From: Lama guanicoe
Taxonomy: Eukaryota
Assembly: GCA_013239625.1 (NCBI GenBank)
Contig: MU053561.1
Span: 932,826 to 996,825, forward strand
DNA length: 64,000 nucleotides
Direction: 5' to 3'
Numbering within the stretch: position 1 is the stretch's first letter; each line of letters starts with the position of its first letter. The position numbers and the translations under genes were made by a program. The notes under the pieces were generated by a model. It was not told the DNA's origin, did not search any database, and was given only the letters and a program-made list of their open reading frames with translations. Of this stretch, positions 63,544 to 64,000 are shown piece by piece.

Positions 63544-64000
63544 GTGGGGAGGGCTGGGGGGCGGCTGGTGGGGTGTTACGGAGAGCTGGGTGTAACGGTT
63601 CCCCGGCCTGCGTGGGTGAATTGGTTCCGGATGTTAACATTTTTTCCTTGGGGCTTGACTGCATTCTTCTTTTTCTTTGCTTGTCTGTTTTCCTGCCCAA
63701 ATTGTTAGGCCTCCACAGCTGTGTGGTTCATTGCTGGTGCGTGTTGAGAATGACAGATCTGACTTTAATGCAAGGGCAACTTGGGGGCATGTGTATAGGT
63801 AGACGTTTGAGGCGTTTTCATCCAGCATCTTTTCTGAAATTTTAGGGTTTTTTTTTTTTGTCCATCATCTTGCCAGCTGGGCACCAACCCTGTATTGCAC
63901 TGGATGGCCTCTGTTGGGGAATGAGTACGAAATGCTATAGAAAGCAGACCTTGCTTCATATTCTAGAAGCAGAAGAAACCGGCTGGTGTGGGCAACTAAG

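Overview
Mammalian genomic DNA, probably from a camelid (a tRNA-Ala-derived vic-1-like SINE and young L1 3' ends of a type I associate with camelids; no Alu, B1, Bov-A/BovB or PRE1 seen). It covers the WARS2-TBX15 locus, with both genes on the + strand. The left half holds the last two coding exons of WARS2 (mitochondrial tryptophanyl-tRNA synthetase; 11514-11632 and 13537-13985, with KMSKS) in repeat-rich DNA (L1, L2, MIR, CR1, MaLR/ERV LTRs, MER5A/MER3, MADE2, MARNA). That half also has a near-perfect 563/564-bp tandem duplication inside an old L2. From about 29.7 kb to 57.5 kb the DNA is transposon-poor and carries a chain of CpG islands. This chain contains the TBX15 promoter, a 5' leader with two uORFs and a G-quadruplex motif, coding exon 1 (49480-49684) and the start of intron 1. 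I found no convincing new protein-coding gene or novel biological system. The best leads are regulatory or structural: the TBX15 leader, orphan CpG islands with T-box/HOX/octamer motif clusters, the recent duplication, and an unusual L1 junction. Repeat subfamily names come from recalled consensus sequences, not from a search, and repeat and island boundaries are approximate unless a TSD is given.
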